From Alphaproteobacteria bacterium (lineage in GTDB: Bacteria > Pseudomonadota > Alphaproteobacteria > MPNO01), in NCBI GenBank assembly GCA_965248835.1, contig CBDFLJ010000002.1, positions 384,001 through 448,000 on the forward strand: a stretch of 64,000 bases of DNA, read 5' to 3'. The position numbers and the translations under genes are program-made. Below, piece by piece: positions 18,412 through 27,960 of the stretch. Position 1 is the stretch's first letter; the number at the start of each line of letters is the position of its first letter. A model generated the notes under the pieces. The model ran no database searches, was not told the origin of the DNA, and worked only from the letters and a program-made list of their open reading frames with translations.

Positions 18412-19809
18412 ATGGCGGATCACGACCGCAGGGCGGCGATCGGACCGCAGGGCGCGCCCGCCTCTGACCTGATCGGCATGATCCCCGACATCGCGATCTC
18501 GGTCGGTGATGCGATCGACGCCGCCGAGCCCACCCGCGTGGTCGAGCTGACCTCGGCGCTGCACTACGCCGAGGTCGCCGACCTCCTGGAGCAGCTCAAC
18601 CCGGAGCAGCGCGCGCATCTGGTCGAGATCCTGGCGCCCGGCTTCGCGCCGGAGATCCTGCCCGAGCTCGGCCAGACCGTCCGCGAGGAAGTGGCCGAGC
18701 ATCTCGGCACCCAGCGCCTGGCGGGGGCCATCGCGCGCCTCGAGTCCGACGATGCGCTGCTGCTGCTGTCGTCGCTGCAGGAGGCCCAGCAGCGGCAGGT
18801 GATGCAGGCGATCCCGGCGGCGCTGCGCGACTCGCTCGAGCAGGGGCTCGCCTATCCCCAGGACAGCGCCGGCCGGCTGATGCAGCGCGACCTGGTCGCG
18901 GTGCCGACGTTCTGGACGGTCGGCGAGACCATCGACTACCTGCGCGAGGCCGAGAGCCTGCCCGACGACTTCTACGACATCTTCGTCGTTGATCCCGGTC
19001 ACCGGCCGGTCGGCACCGTGTCCTTGAGCCATGTGCTGCGCGCGCGGCGGCCGGTGCCGATGCAGGATCTGACCCGCCGCGAGGTCGTCGCGGTCCCCGT
19101 CGCGATGGACCAGGAGGAGGTGGCCTATATCTTCGCCCAGAAGGATCTGGTCTCCGCGCCGGTCGTCGATGACGGCGGCCGGCTGATCGGCGTGATCACG
19201 GTCGATGACGTCGTCGACGTCATCCACGAGGAGGCCGAGGAAGACCTGATGCGCCTGGGCGGGATTTCCGAGACCGACATCTATGAGGCGGTGCTGGACA
19301 CCGGCAAGGCCCGGTTCTCCTGGCTGTTCGTCAACCTGTTCACCGCGGTGCTGGCCTCGATGGTGATCTGGTTCTTCCAGGCGACCATCGAGCAGATCGT
19401 CGTCCTCGCCGTCCTGATGCCGATCGCCGCCTCGATGGGCGGCAACGCGGGCACCCAGTCGCTGACCGTCGCGGTCCGCGCGATCGCGATGCGCGACCTG
19501 ACGCCGGCCAACGCGCTGCGGGTGCTGTCCAAGGAGGCCCTGGTGGGCCTGTTCAACGGGCTGTGCTTTGCCGCGATCGTCGGCCTGATCGCATGGGTCT
19601 GGTCGGGCGAGCTGTCGATCGGCGCGGTGATGGGCGCGGCGATGGTGGTGACGCTGGTCATCGCCGGGCTAGCCGGGACGGCGATCCCGTTCGGGCTGTC
19701 GCGTACCCGAATCGATCCGGCGGTCGCCTCGGGCGTGCTGTTGACCACGGTCACCGACGTGATCGCGTTCCTCGCCTTCCTCGGACTTGCAGCCTGGTTC
19801 CTGATGTGA
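18412..19809 (+). CDS. mgtE: Magnesium transporter MgtE
   Basis: YPQDSAGRLM, CBS pair, GVITVDDVVDV, RFSWL, MGGNAGTQ, DPAVASG..TTVTD; start uncertain (18403 or 18412). Confidence 0.93.
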   Translation: MADHDRRAAIGPQGAPASDLIGMIPDIAISVGDAIDAAEPTRVVELTSALHYAEVADLLEQLNPEQRAHLVEILAPGFAPEILPELGQTVREEVAEHLGTQRLAGAIARLESDDALLLLSSLQEAQQRQVMQAIPAALRDSLEQGLAYPQDSAGRLMQRDLVAVPTFWTVGETIDYLREAESLPDDFYDIFVVDPGHRPVGTVSLSHVLRARRPVPMQDLTRREVVAVPVAMDQEEVAYIFAQKDLVSAPVVDDGGRLIGVITVDDVVDVIHEEAEEDLMRLGGISETDIYEAVLDTGKARFSWLFVNLFTAVLASMVIWFFQATIEQIVVLAVLMPIAASMGGNAGTQSLTVAVRAIAMRDLTPANALRVLSKEALVGLFNGLCFAAIVGLIAWVWSGELSIGAVMGAAMVVTLVIAGLAGTAIPFGLSRTRIDPAVASGVLLTTVTDVIAFLAFLGLAAWFLM

Positions 19810-20720
19810 GCGCGGCGGGTTCGGCCCGGCCGATCGTCATCGACTGCGATCCCGGCACCGACGATGCCGTCGCGCTCCTGCTCGCCTTCGCTGCTGCCGA
19901 TGCGCTCGACGTCAGGGCCGTGACCACGGTGGCGGGCAACGTGTCGGCCGCGCAGACGCTTGCCAACGCCTTGAAGATCCGCGAACTGGCCGGGCGCGAA
20001 GACGTGCCGGTCCACGGCGGCTGTGCCGCGCCCCTGATCGGGGTGGGGGGCACCGCGACCGAAATCCATGGCGATGACGGTCTGGGCGGGCTCGACCTGC
20101 CGGCGCCGGCCGGCACCGCCGCATCCGCCCACGCCGTCGATGCGCTGATCCGGGCGATCGAAGACCGGCCGGGGGCGATCACCATCCTCGCCGTCGGCCC
20201 GCTGACCAACCTCGCATTGGCGCTGGCCAAGCGCCGCGACCTGGTGCCTGAGATCCGCCGGATCGTCCTGATGGGCGGGGCGGTCGGCGCCGGCAACGTC
20301 ACACCCCATGCCGAATTCAACGTCCATGTCGATCCCCATGCCGCGCGGGTGGTCTTCGAGGCCGGCGCGCCGGTGGTGATGATCGGGCTGGATGTCACCC
20401 ACCAGGTGCGGTGCACGCCCGATCGCATCGCCGCGCTTGCGGCGCTGGGCACGCCGGCCGCGCGGGCCGCGGCGCGGCTGATGGCGCGCGATCCCGGCGA
20501 AGAACACGGTGCCGCGCTGCACGATCCGTGCACGATCGCCTACCTGCTGCGGCCCGACCTGTTCACCGGCGCACCGGCCCGCGTTGCGGTGGCGACCGCC
20601 GAGACCGCGGAGATCGGCCGCACCGTGGTCGATTTCGATGCGCCGCCCAACGCGCTGGTGCTGACCGGCGTGGATGCGGACGGGGTCTTCGCGTTGATCG
20701 AAGAGCGGCTCAGCCCTTGA
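19806..20720 (+). CDS. Nucleoside hydrolase (IUNH family)
   Basis: IDCDPGTDDA, TTVAGNV, GPLTNLA, AEFNVHVDP, LHDP; GTG start overlaps the mgtE stop. Confidence 0.92.
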   Translation: MSAAGSARPIVIDCDPGTDDAVALLLAFAAADALDVRAVTTVAGNVSAAQTLANALKIRELAGREDVPVHGGCAAPLIGVGGTATEIHGDDGLGGLDLPAPAGTAASAHAVDALIRAIEDRPGAITILAVGPLTNLALALAKRRDLVPEIRRIVLMGGAVGAGNVTPHAEFNVHVDPHAARVVFEAGAPVVMIGLDVTHQVRCTPDRIAALAALGTPAARAAARLMARDPGEEHGAALHDPCTIAYLLRPDLFTGAPARVAVATAETAEIGRTVVDFDAPPNALVLTGVDADGVFALIEERLSP

Positions 20721-21936
20721 GCAGGGCCTGGAGCTTGACCTCGGGATCGGCGAGCGCGGCAGGGTCGAGCACCTTGCCGGCCTGCATCAGGCGCCTGGCA
20801 AAGCGGATGTCGCGGGGGTTGTTGATTGCGGCCGCCCCCTCGATCCGGCCGTCCTTGAGATAGAACTCGATGAACCGGTTCTCCGCCCGCTCGCCGCGGG
20901 TGACGGTCCGGTCCCAGTCGGCCGGCAGGCCGATGAGCTGGATGTTGACGTCGTACTGGTCCGACCAGAACCAGGGGATCTCCGCATACGGCGTCGCGCC
21001 GCCCAGCATCGCCCGGGCCGCGGCAATCGCCTGGTTCTGGGCATTCTCCCAGGATTCCAGCCTGATGCGCCGGCCCAGCAGGTCGTTGGGGTGGTTGGTC
21101 ACATCGCCGGCGGCATAGATGTTCGGATCGGACGTCCGGCCAAGCGCATCGACGATCACGCCGTTGTCGACCTCGAGCCCCGCTTCGGCCGCAAGCTCGA
21201 CATTGGGGATCAGCCCGATGCCGATCACCACGACGGAGGCCGGCAGCACCGTGCCGTCGGGCAGCCGCACGCCGCTCACCCGATCCTCGCCGAGGACCGC
21301 CTCGATCGACGTGCCCAGGCGCACATCGATCCCGCGCTCGCGGTGGATCGCGTACAGGTGGGCCGCGAAGTCGGGTGTCAGCGCCCGGCCGCAAAGCTGG
21401 TCCAGTGCCTCCAGGACGACCACATCGGCGCCCAGCATGCGCCCGGCTGCGGCGACCTCGAGCCCGATCCAGCCGCCGCCGACGACCACCAGCTTCGCGC
21501 CCTCGGTGATGTCGGCCCGGATCGCTGCGCTGTCGGGGATGTCGCGCAGATAGTGCACGCCGGGACGCTCGCTGCCGTCGATCGGCAGCTTGCGGACCCG
21601 CCCGCCGGTGGCCAGCATCAGCTTGTCGTATGCGATCGCCTCGCCGTCGGCGAGCCTCACGGTCCTGGCCGCGCGATCGATCGCGGTCACCGCCGTCGCG
21701 GTACGCAGCTCGACCCGCCATTCCTCGAAGGCGCCTTCGGGCCACAGATAGCTGGATTCGGCCGGCACCTTGCCCAGCAGCACCTCTTTGGACAGCGGCG
21801 GGCGTTCATAGGGCGGGTAGGGTTCCTCGCCGATCAGGACGATCCTGCCCTCGAAGCCCTCGTCTCGCAGGGTCTTGGCGGCCCAGCCGCCCGCCTGGCC
21901 GGCGCCGACCACGACGATCGCCCCGGCGGCGTTCAT
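20710..21936 (-). CDS. Ferredoxin reductase (glutathione-reductase type) of a Rieske oxygenase system
   Basis: GAGQAG, PYERPPLSK, GGGWIGLE, RLESWENA, PWFWSDQY. Confidence 0.92.
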   Translation of the reverse strand: MNAAGAIVVVGAGQAGGWAAKTLRDEGFEGRIVLIGEEPYPPYERPPLSKEVLLGKVPAESSYLWPEGAFEEWRVELRTATAVTAIDRAARTVRLADGEAIAYDKLMLATGGRVRKLPIDGSERPGVHYLRDIPDSAAIRADITEGAKLVVVGGGWIGLEVAAAGRMLGADVVVLEALDQLCGRALTPDFAAHLYAIHRERGIDVRLGTSIEAVLGEDRVSGVRLPDGTVLPASVVVIGIGLIPNVELAAEAGLEVDNGVIVDALGRTSDPNIYAAGDVTNHPNDLLGRRIRLESWENAQNQAIAAARAMLGGATPYAEIPWFWSDQYDVNIQLIGLPADWDRTVTRGERAENRFIEFYLKDGRIEGAAAINNPRDIRFARRLMQAGKVLDPAALADPEVKLQALLKG

Positions 21937-21957
21937 CGCACGTCCGGTCCGGCAGAA

Positions 21958-22278
21958 TCAGCCGGGCACGCCGACCATGATGTCGTCGCCGTCGACCTTG
22001 ATCTCGTAGGTCCTAAGGTTTTCGGTCACCGGCGGGGTCATCGCCTTGCCCGACTTGATGTTGAAGCAGCCGCCGTGCAGCGGGCATTCGATCACCTCGC
22101 CTTCGACATAGCCGTCCGCCAGAGAGGCATAGGCGTGGGTGCAGATGTCGTCGGTCGCGTAGAATTCGCCCTCGAGGTTGTAGATCGCGATTTCCTTCCT
22201 GCCGACCACGACCTGCAGAGCTTCGCCGTCGTCGAGGTCGCCCGTCTTGGCGACCGCGTGGAACTCGATATCACTCAT
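21958..22278 (-). CDS. Rieske-type ferredoxin (NagAb/AndAb-like)
   Basis: CTHAYASL...ECPLHGG; 106 aa from the ATG at 22278. Confidence 0.92.
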   Translation of the reverse strand: MSDIEFHAVAKTGDLDDGEALQVVVGRKEIAIYNLEGEFYATDDICTHAYASLADGYVEGEVIECPLHGGCFNIKSGKAMTPPVTENLRTYEIKVDGDDIMVGVPG

Positions 22279-22491
22279 TATGCGCTGTGTCTCCGTGTTA
22301 TCCGAACCCGCACGGAAGCCGGCTCTCGGGTGCAGGCCGAACCGCGCATTTCCGGGGCAAACCCGTCCGCCCGGCGCGGCCGGCCGGGCGGGCCGGAGTG
22401 TACACAGCCCCCCGGATCGTGCCAACCGCTATCACCCGCAATGGCCAGGGCGTCAAGCCGCCGGTATAGTCCGTCCGTTCGCCGACCGCCC

Positions 22492-23751
22492 ATGCAGGGA
22501 AACGACAGCTTGCCCGAGAACGACGCCCCGTTCGTCTGGCCGCAGGAGGGCGTAAGCCGCGTCCCCTACCGGGTCTATGCCGAGCCCGGCATCTACAAGG
22601 CCGAACAACGCAACATTTTTCGCGGCGACGTCTGGCATTTCCTGCTGATGGACCGGGAGATCCCGGAGCCCGGCGACTACCGCACCGTCGAGATCGGCGA
22701 GACTCCGGTGATCGTGCTGCGCGACGAGACCGGTGCCATCAACGCGATGGTCAACCGCTGCGCCCACCGCGGCAACATGGTCTGCATCGCCAAGGCCGGC
22801 AGGGCGGACGGCAGGCTGACCTGCGTCTATCACAACTGGACCTACGACCTTCAGGGACGCCTCGAATCGGTCGCCTTCCAGCACGGGATCGCACGCCGCG
22901 GCGGCATGCCGGAGGACTTCGCGATCACCGACCATGCGCTGCAGCGGCTGCGGGTGGACAGCTATTGCGGGCTGGTGTTCGCGAGCTTCTCCGACCAGGT
23001 CGCGCCGCTGGCCGACTATCTCGGCGCGGAGATGCGGGCCAACATCGACCGCGTGCTCGGCCGCGAGATGGTTCTGCTGGGCAGCTACAGCCAGTTCATG
23101 CCCAACAACTGGAAGCTCTACATGGAGAACGTGCGCGACTCCTACCATGCGAGCCTGCTGCACGTCTTCTTCACCACCTTCCGGCTCAACCGGCTGTCGA
23201 TGGACGGCGGGATCAAGCTCAGCCCGCGCGGCTGGCACCATATCAGCTATTCGATCGCTGCCACCGACCGCGAGGAGGCGCAATACGACGCGGACAAGCT
23301 GCGGGCGGTCGATGACGGTTACCGACTGGCCGATTCGCGCCCGGTCAGCGGCTGGCCCGAGTTCCCGTGCGGCACGACGCTCGCGATTCAGTCGATCTTT
23401 CCCAATTTCGTCATCCAGCAGACCCAGAACTCGATCGCGCTGCGGGTGTGCACGCCGAAGGGGCCGGACGGGTGCGAGCTGTCCTGGCGCATCCTGGGCT
23501 GTGCGGATGACACAAAGGCGCAGCGCGCGGCGCGGATCCATCAGTCCAACCTGATCGGGCCCGGCGGCCTGATCTCGATGGAGGACGGGGTCATCGGCAG
23601 CTGGGTCCAACGCGGCACCCGGGCGGATCCCGACCGCGTATCCCTGCTGGAGATGGGTGGCCGCGACGTCGCGCCGAGCCCCGGCTCGCGCGCAACCGAA
23701 GTCTCGGTGCGTGGTTTCTGGAACGGCTTTCGCGACCTGATGGGCGTCTGA
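22492..23751 (+). CDS. Rieske oxygenase alpha subunit, salicylate 5-hydroxylase / anthranilate / terephthalate class
   Basis: WPQEGVSRVPY, CAHRG...CVYH, ENVRDSYHASLLHVFF, NLIGPGGLISMEDG, SVRGFW. Confidence 0.9.
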   Translation: MQGNDSLPENDAPFVWPQEGVSRVPYRVYAEPGIYKAEQRNIFRGDVWHFLLMDREIPEPGDYRTVEIGETPVIVLRDETGAINAMVNRCAHRGNMVCIAKAGRADGRLTCVYHNWTYDLQGRLESVAFQHGIARRGGMPEDFAITDHALQRLRVDSYCGLVFASFSDQVAPLADYLGAEMRANIDRVLGREMVLLGSYSQFMPNNWKLYMENVRDSYHASLLHVFFTTFRLNRLSMDGGIKLSPRGWHHISYSIAATDREEAQYDADKLRAVDDGYRLADSRPVSGWPEFPCGTTLAIQSIFPNFVIQQTQNSIALRVCTPKGPDGCELSWRILGCADDTKAQRAARIHQSNLIGPGGLISMEDGVIGSWVQRGTRADPDRVSLLEMGGRDVAPSPGSRATEVSVRGFWNGFRDLMGV

Positions 23752-23778
23752 GCCGACGGTTGAGGGGAGAATTGGCCT

Positions 23779-24645
23779 GTGAGATTCGTTACCTTCGAGG
23801 CCGGAGGCAAGGTATCATTCGGCATGGTCACCGAGACCGGGGTCATCGACCTCGCGCCGCGGATGAAAGGAGTCGACGGCCTGCTCGACCTGCTCGATGC
23901 GGAGGCCTGGGCGCGGGCGGCCGCGGCGGCGAAAGGGGCACCTTCCGACTATGCGATGGGTGAGATCGCCTACCGCCGGCCGATCGAGCAGCCGGAGAAG
24001 ATCATCTGCATCGGCGTCAATTACGCCAACCGCAACCTGGAATATGACGACAGCACGCTGCCGGACTATCCCAGCGTCTTCATGCGCGCCCCCGATACCC
24101 TGGTCGGCCACGGCCAGCCGCTGGTTCGGCCGCCGGAGTCGGTCCAGCTCGACTACGAGGCCGAGATCGCGATCGTCATCGGCCAGGGCGGCAGGCGGAT
24201 TCCGCGCGAGCGCGTGCACGCGCACATCGCAGCGCTGACCTGCCTGAACGAAGGCTGCATCCGCGATTGGATGCGCCACGGCAAGTTCAACGTCACCCAA
24301 GGCAAGAACTTCGACCGCTGCGGCGCGGTCGGGCCGTGGCTCGTCACCGCCGATGAATTCGCGCACGGCTACGGCGACCTGCAGGTGCGCTGCCGGGTCA
24401 ACGGCGAGGTGCGTCAGGACGACACCACCGCCAACCTGATCTTCGATTTCGCCGACCTGGTGAGCTACGTCTCGACCTGGGCCAGCCTCAAGCGCGGCGA
24501 CATCATTTCGACCGGCACCCCGATCGGCGCCGGCGCCCGGTTCGATCCGCCCAAGTGGCTGGTCCCCGGCGATATCGTCGAGGTCGAGGTCTCCGGCATC
24601 GGGACCCTGTCCAACCCGGTCGTCGATGAGGCGCCGGCGCCCTGA
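23779..24645 (+). CDS. Fumarylacetoacetate hydrolase family protein
   Basis: KIICIGVNY, LDYEAE, GKNFD, STGTP. Confidence 0.9.
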   Translation: MRFVTFEAGGKVSFGMVTETGVIDLAPRMKGVDGLLDLLDAEAWARAAAAAKGAPSDYAMGEIAYRRPIEQPEKIICIGVNYANRNLEYDDSTLPDYPSVFMRAPDTLVGHGQPLVRPPESVQLDYEAEIAIVIGQGGRRIPRERVHAHIAALTCLNEGCIRDWMRHGKFNVTQGKNFDRCGAVGPWLVTADEFAHGYGDLQVRCRVNGEVRQDDTTANLIFDFADLVSYVSTWASLKRGDIISTGTPIGAGARFDPPKWLVPGDIVEVEVSGIGTLSNPVVDEAPAP

Positions 24646-24679
24646 ACCGGACGCGAATACGCTCGCCGGATATTTCCGT

Positions 24680-25384
24680 TCAATCGCGCGGCGGCTGGTT
24701 CAGTCCGCGCTCGACCGCGGGTCGGGCGAGGCAGCGCTCGAGATAGCCGGTCACGTTGACGTAGTCCGTTAGCCCAAGGGCCTCGGTGCCGTCGTAGAAC
24801 GTCCCCAAGACCCGGATCCACGGAAAGGTCGCGATGTCGGCGATGGTGTAGTCATCGCCCATCAGATGGTCGCGCCCCTCGAGACGCTTCTCGATGACCG
24901 CCAGCAGACGCCTGGTTTCGTCGCGGTACCGGTCGTTTGCATAGCTGTCGGCGGTCTTGTCGGCGGCGAATTTGTGGAAGTGCCCGAACTGGCCGAACAT
25001 CGGCCCGACGCCGCCCATCTGGAACATCAGCCATTGGATGCATTCGTAGCGGCCGGCGGGATCGGCCGGCAGCAGCTTTCCCGACTTCTCGGCGAGATAG
25101 ATCAGGATCGCGCCGCTCTCGAACAGCGGCAGGGGCGCACCGCCCGGGCCGTCCGGGTCGATCATCGCCGGAATCTTGTTGTTGGGGTTGAGCGATAGGA
25201 ACTCGGGCGTGAGCTGATCGTCGTTGCCGAAGGAGACGAGGTGGGCTTCATAGGGAAGCGCCATCTCCTCGAGCGCGATCGAGGCCTTGACCCCGTTGGG
25301 GGTGGGCAGGGAATAGAGCTGGATCCGGTCCGGGTGCTTTGCCGGCCAGCGCCTGGTGATCGGGAAATCGGCAAGCGTCGTCAT
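24680..25384 (-). CDS. Glutathione S-transferase, YfcG/YghU (nu) class
   Basis: TPNG, NPNNKIPA, FESGAIL, QWLMFQMGGVGPMFGQ. Confidence 0.92.
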   Translation of the reverse strand: MTTLADFPITRRWPAKHPDRIQLYSLPTPNGVKASIALEEMALPYEAHLVSFGNDDQLTPEFLSLNPNNKIPAMIDPDGPGGAPLPLFESGAILIYLAEKSGKLLPADPAGRYECIQWLMFQMGGVGPMFGQFGHFHKFAADKTADSYANDRYRDETRRLLAVIEKRLEGRDHLMGDDYTIADIATFPWIRVLGTFYDGTEALGLTDYVNVTGYLERCLARPAVERGLNQPPRD

Positions 25385-25401
25385 CGCGGGTCCCGTTCAA
25401 C

Positions 25402-26580
25402 CTAAACGAGATCGACGACCGTACCGGCGTCGGTCTTTCCCTGCGCCCGGTAGTGGCCGAGGCTGGAAATCAGCGGCAGGTCGGTATAGCTGTAGAGGAT
25501 GGCATCGCGCGACCCGGAATTGACAATCCGGCGCCAGCGGTGATTGGGCACGACGAAGAAATCGTTGCGCGCCCATTCCAGGGTTTCGCCGTCGACCTCG
25601 GTGCGGCCCTCGCCGTCCATGACCCAATAGATCGTCGATGCGGTATGCCGGAACGGCCGGGTCGCCTCGCCCGGGCGCAGGAGCTGGGCGCGGTAGGAGA
25701 TGGTGGTGAAGACCGGCGTGCCGTCCTCCGGGTTGACCAGCTCGACGATCACGCCCTCGTGCGGGTCGCCGTCGTAACCCGCCAGATCGTCCAGCGCGGC
25801 CCGTATGTCGCCCCCGGAATACAGGAACATCGGCGTCACTCCCTGGCCGACGCCGCGGGGATGGGCCTCGAACAGGGGGCGGATCCCGCCGCGGCCATAG
25901 AAGCGTTTGGAGAAGTTCTCGGCCGGCTCGCCGTGGGGGATCGCGTTCTCCGAATCGTCGCGCGCCCAGGCGCATCCCAGAAAGTCGATCAGCGGCCAGT
26001 CCAGCGTGTCCGCCCAGATCACCGGCGAGTCGTCGTCGTTGCCGTGCGCGTGCCAGGTGCCGTTGGGGGTGAACACCAGATCGCCGCGCTTGGGCAGCAT
26101 CTTCTCGCCCTCGACCACGGTATAGCCACCGCCCTCGGAGATGATCGTCCGGCTGGCGTTGGGCGTGTGCAGGTGCGATTCGGCGTCATCGCCGCGCTTG
26201 TAGATCGAGATCGCGATGCGCATCGTGTTGGTGACCTTGACCCCCTTGGTCCCGAAGGCCGGGTTGGTCAGCAGCACCGACTGGCGCTCGGTGAGCTCGA
26301 GCGGGCAAAGCTCGGCGAGCTTGAGCAGATTGGGCTCGATATCGCTCCATTTCCAGACATGCGGGACGGGCGAGGGGTACTCGACCGTCAGGCTATGCGG
26401 GCCGGGCTGCGGCTGATCGGGCGTGCCGAGGTGCCAGGCGTTCTGGTTGGGCAGGTTCCAGCGCGTGCGGATCCAGATGTGGCGTTCGCGCACTTGCTGG
26501 TTGAGTTCCTCCAGCTCATTGACGATCAGCTCGAGCTCGCGTGCCCGGTCGGACCGAGCCGATTCCCTGACGGTCGCCAT
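25402..26580 (-). CDS. Bicupin ring-cleavage dioxygenase, gentisate 1,2-dioxygenase family (divergent)
   Basis: PHVWKW, TERQSVLLTNP, HLHTPNA, YTVVEGE, GDLVFTPNGTWHAH, LDWPL, NPEDG, RHTAS. Confidence 0.82.
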   Translation of the reverse strand: MATVRESARSDRARELELIVNELEELNQQVRERHIWIRTRWNLPNQNAWHLGTPDQPQPGPHSLTVEYPSPVPHVWKWSDIEPNLLKLAELCPLELTERQSVLLTNPAFGTKGVKVTNTMRIAISIYKRGDDAESHLHTPNASRTIISEGGGYTVVEGEKMLPKRGDLVFTPNGTWHAHGNDDDSPVIWADTLDWPLIDFLGCAWARDDSENAIPHGEPAENFSKRFYGRGGIRPLFEAHPRGVGQGVTPMFLYSGGDIRAALDDLAGYDGDPHEGVIVELVNPEDGTPVFTTISYRAQLLRPGEATRPFRHTASTIYWVMDGEGRTEVDGETLEWARNDFFVVPNHRWRRIVNSGSRDAILYSYTDLPLISSLGHYRAQGKTDAGTVVDLV

Positions 26581-26696
26581 GTCGTTTCTCCTGCCGTTCG
26601 CGCTTCAGTCTTTGCTGCGGATCATTGCCGGTCAAGGGGCATCTGAGCCACTCGACCTGGTGCGCCGCCACGCCGCGCCGCGTAGGATGGCCCGCC

Positions 26697-27170
26697 ATGG
26701 AAGCGCAGGATGCGAAGCGGGCGATCGAGGTGCTGATCCACGACTACGCCCACACGATCGATGACGACCGGCTCGAAGAATGGCCGGAATTCTTCACCGA
26801 GGACTGCCTCTACCGCGTGATCTCCAGGGAAAGCCACGACAACGGCCTGCCGGTCGGGATCATCACCTGCGAGGGGATCGGCATGCTGCGCGACCGCATC
26901 CTCGCTCTCCGGGTGGCGAACATCTACGAACCGCACAGCTACCGCCACCTGATCAGCGCGATCCGCATCGAGGACCAGGCCGGAGAGACTTATCGGGTCC
27001 GCACCGGGTTCGCCGTCATCCGCACGATGCAAAACGGCGAGAGCAGCGTCTTCTTGTCAGGCAAATACCTCGATTCCATCGTGTTCGAAGCCGGCGCGGC
27101 GAAGTTCCGCGAGCGCATCGTGGTCTGCGATTCCAGCCGCATCGACACGCTGATCGTCATCCCGCCGTGA
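26697..27170 (+). CDS. Rieske oxygenase beta subunit (NagH/AndAd-like)
   Basis: YAHTIDDDRLEEWPEFF, MLRDRI, ANIYEPHSYRH, GKYLD, RIDTLIVIP. Confidence 0.9.
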   Translation: MEAQDAKRAIEVLIHDYAHTIDDDRLEEWPEFFTEDCLYRVISRESHDNGLPVGIITCEGIGMLRDRILALRVANIYEPHSYRHLISAIRIEDQAGETYRVRTGFAVIRTMQNGESSVFLSGKYLDSIVFEAGAAKFRERIVVCDSSRIDTLIVIPP

Positions 27171-27189
27171 TCGGACCGGTCGGGCGGGT

Positions 27190-27957
27190 TCAAGGGTTGA
27201 CCGAAAAGTCGACCGCGCCGATCCGCTGGACGGTATTGCGCACGTGGTCGCCGACGCTGAGCGCTTCGGCAGCCGTCGCCCCGCCGGCCATGACGATCCA
27301 GCCGGCCTCCAGCGGCTCGCCGGCCGCGGTCGAAAGCCGGGCGGCCGAGACCAGCGAGCGGATCGGGTTGCCCAGGATCGCCGCCGAAGACCCGATCTGG
27401 CGCGGCCGCCCGTTGATTTCCAGGATCATGCCGAGATTCGTCAGGTCGTCGTCGGCGCTCTGCCACGCGCCGACGACGATGCCTGACGACGAGCAGTTGT
27501 CGGCAACCACGTCGGCCAGCGAGAACTTGAAGTTGCGGTAGCGGGAATCGATGATCTCGATCGCCGGCGCCACCGCCTCGACGGCGGCCATCGCCTCGGC
27601 TGCGGTGACCGGGGCGGTCAGGTTCCGCTTCAGGAGAAAGGCCACTTCCGGCTCGACCCTGGGGTGAACGTACGCGGCCATGGAGATCGCATCGCCGTCC
27701 TCGACGATCATCTGGTCGGTGAGCCGGCCCCAGATCATGTCGTCGATGCCCATCTGGACCATCTTGGCGCGGCTGGTGAAGCCCATCTTCACCCCGATCC
27801 GCTTCTCGCCGCGCGCCAGCCGGCGTGCGATCGAGGCGGCCTGGACTTCGTAGCCTTCCTCGGGCGTGATCGCGGTCTTCTCGGAGATCTGCGCGATGGC
27901 GCTGGCGGCCGCGGCCGCCTTGTCGAGGGATGCCGCAAGGGCTGCGATATCGGCCAT
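27190..27957 (-). CDS. dmpH: 4-oxalocrotonate decarboxylase
   Basis: KMGFTSRAKMVQMG, HPRVEPE, DSRYRNFKFSLADVVADNCSS, GGATAA. Confidence 0.9.
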   Translation of the reverse strand: MADIAALAASLDKAAAAASAIAQISEKTAITPEEGYEVQAASIARRLARGEKRIGVKMGFTSRAKMVQMGIDDMIWGRLTDQMIVEDGDAISMAAYVHPRVEPEVAFLLKRNLTAPVTAAEAMAAVEAVAPAIEIIDSRYRNFKFSLADVVADNCSSSGIVVGAWQSADDDLTNLGMILEINGRPRQIGSSAAILGNPIRSLVSAARLSTAAGEPLEAGWIVMAGGATAAEALSVGDHVRNTVQRIGAVDFSVNP

Positions 27958-27960
27958 GGC

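Noticed and set aside
21091-22491. Long N-terminal extension or fusion on the Rieske alpha subunit (886-aa ORF)
   Set aside because: It is the antisense shadow of the reductase and ferredoxin genes; alpha-subunit homology starts near the ATG at 22492
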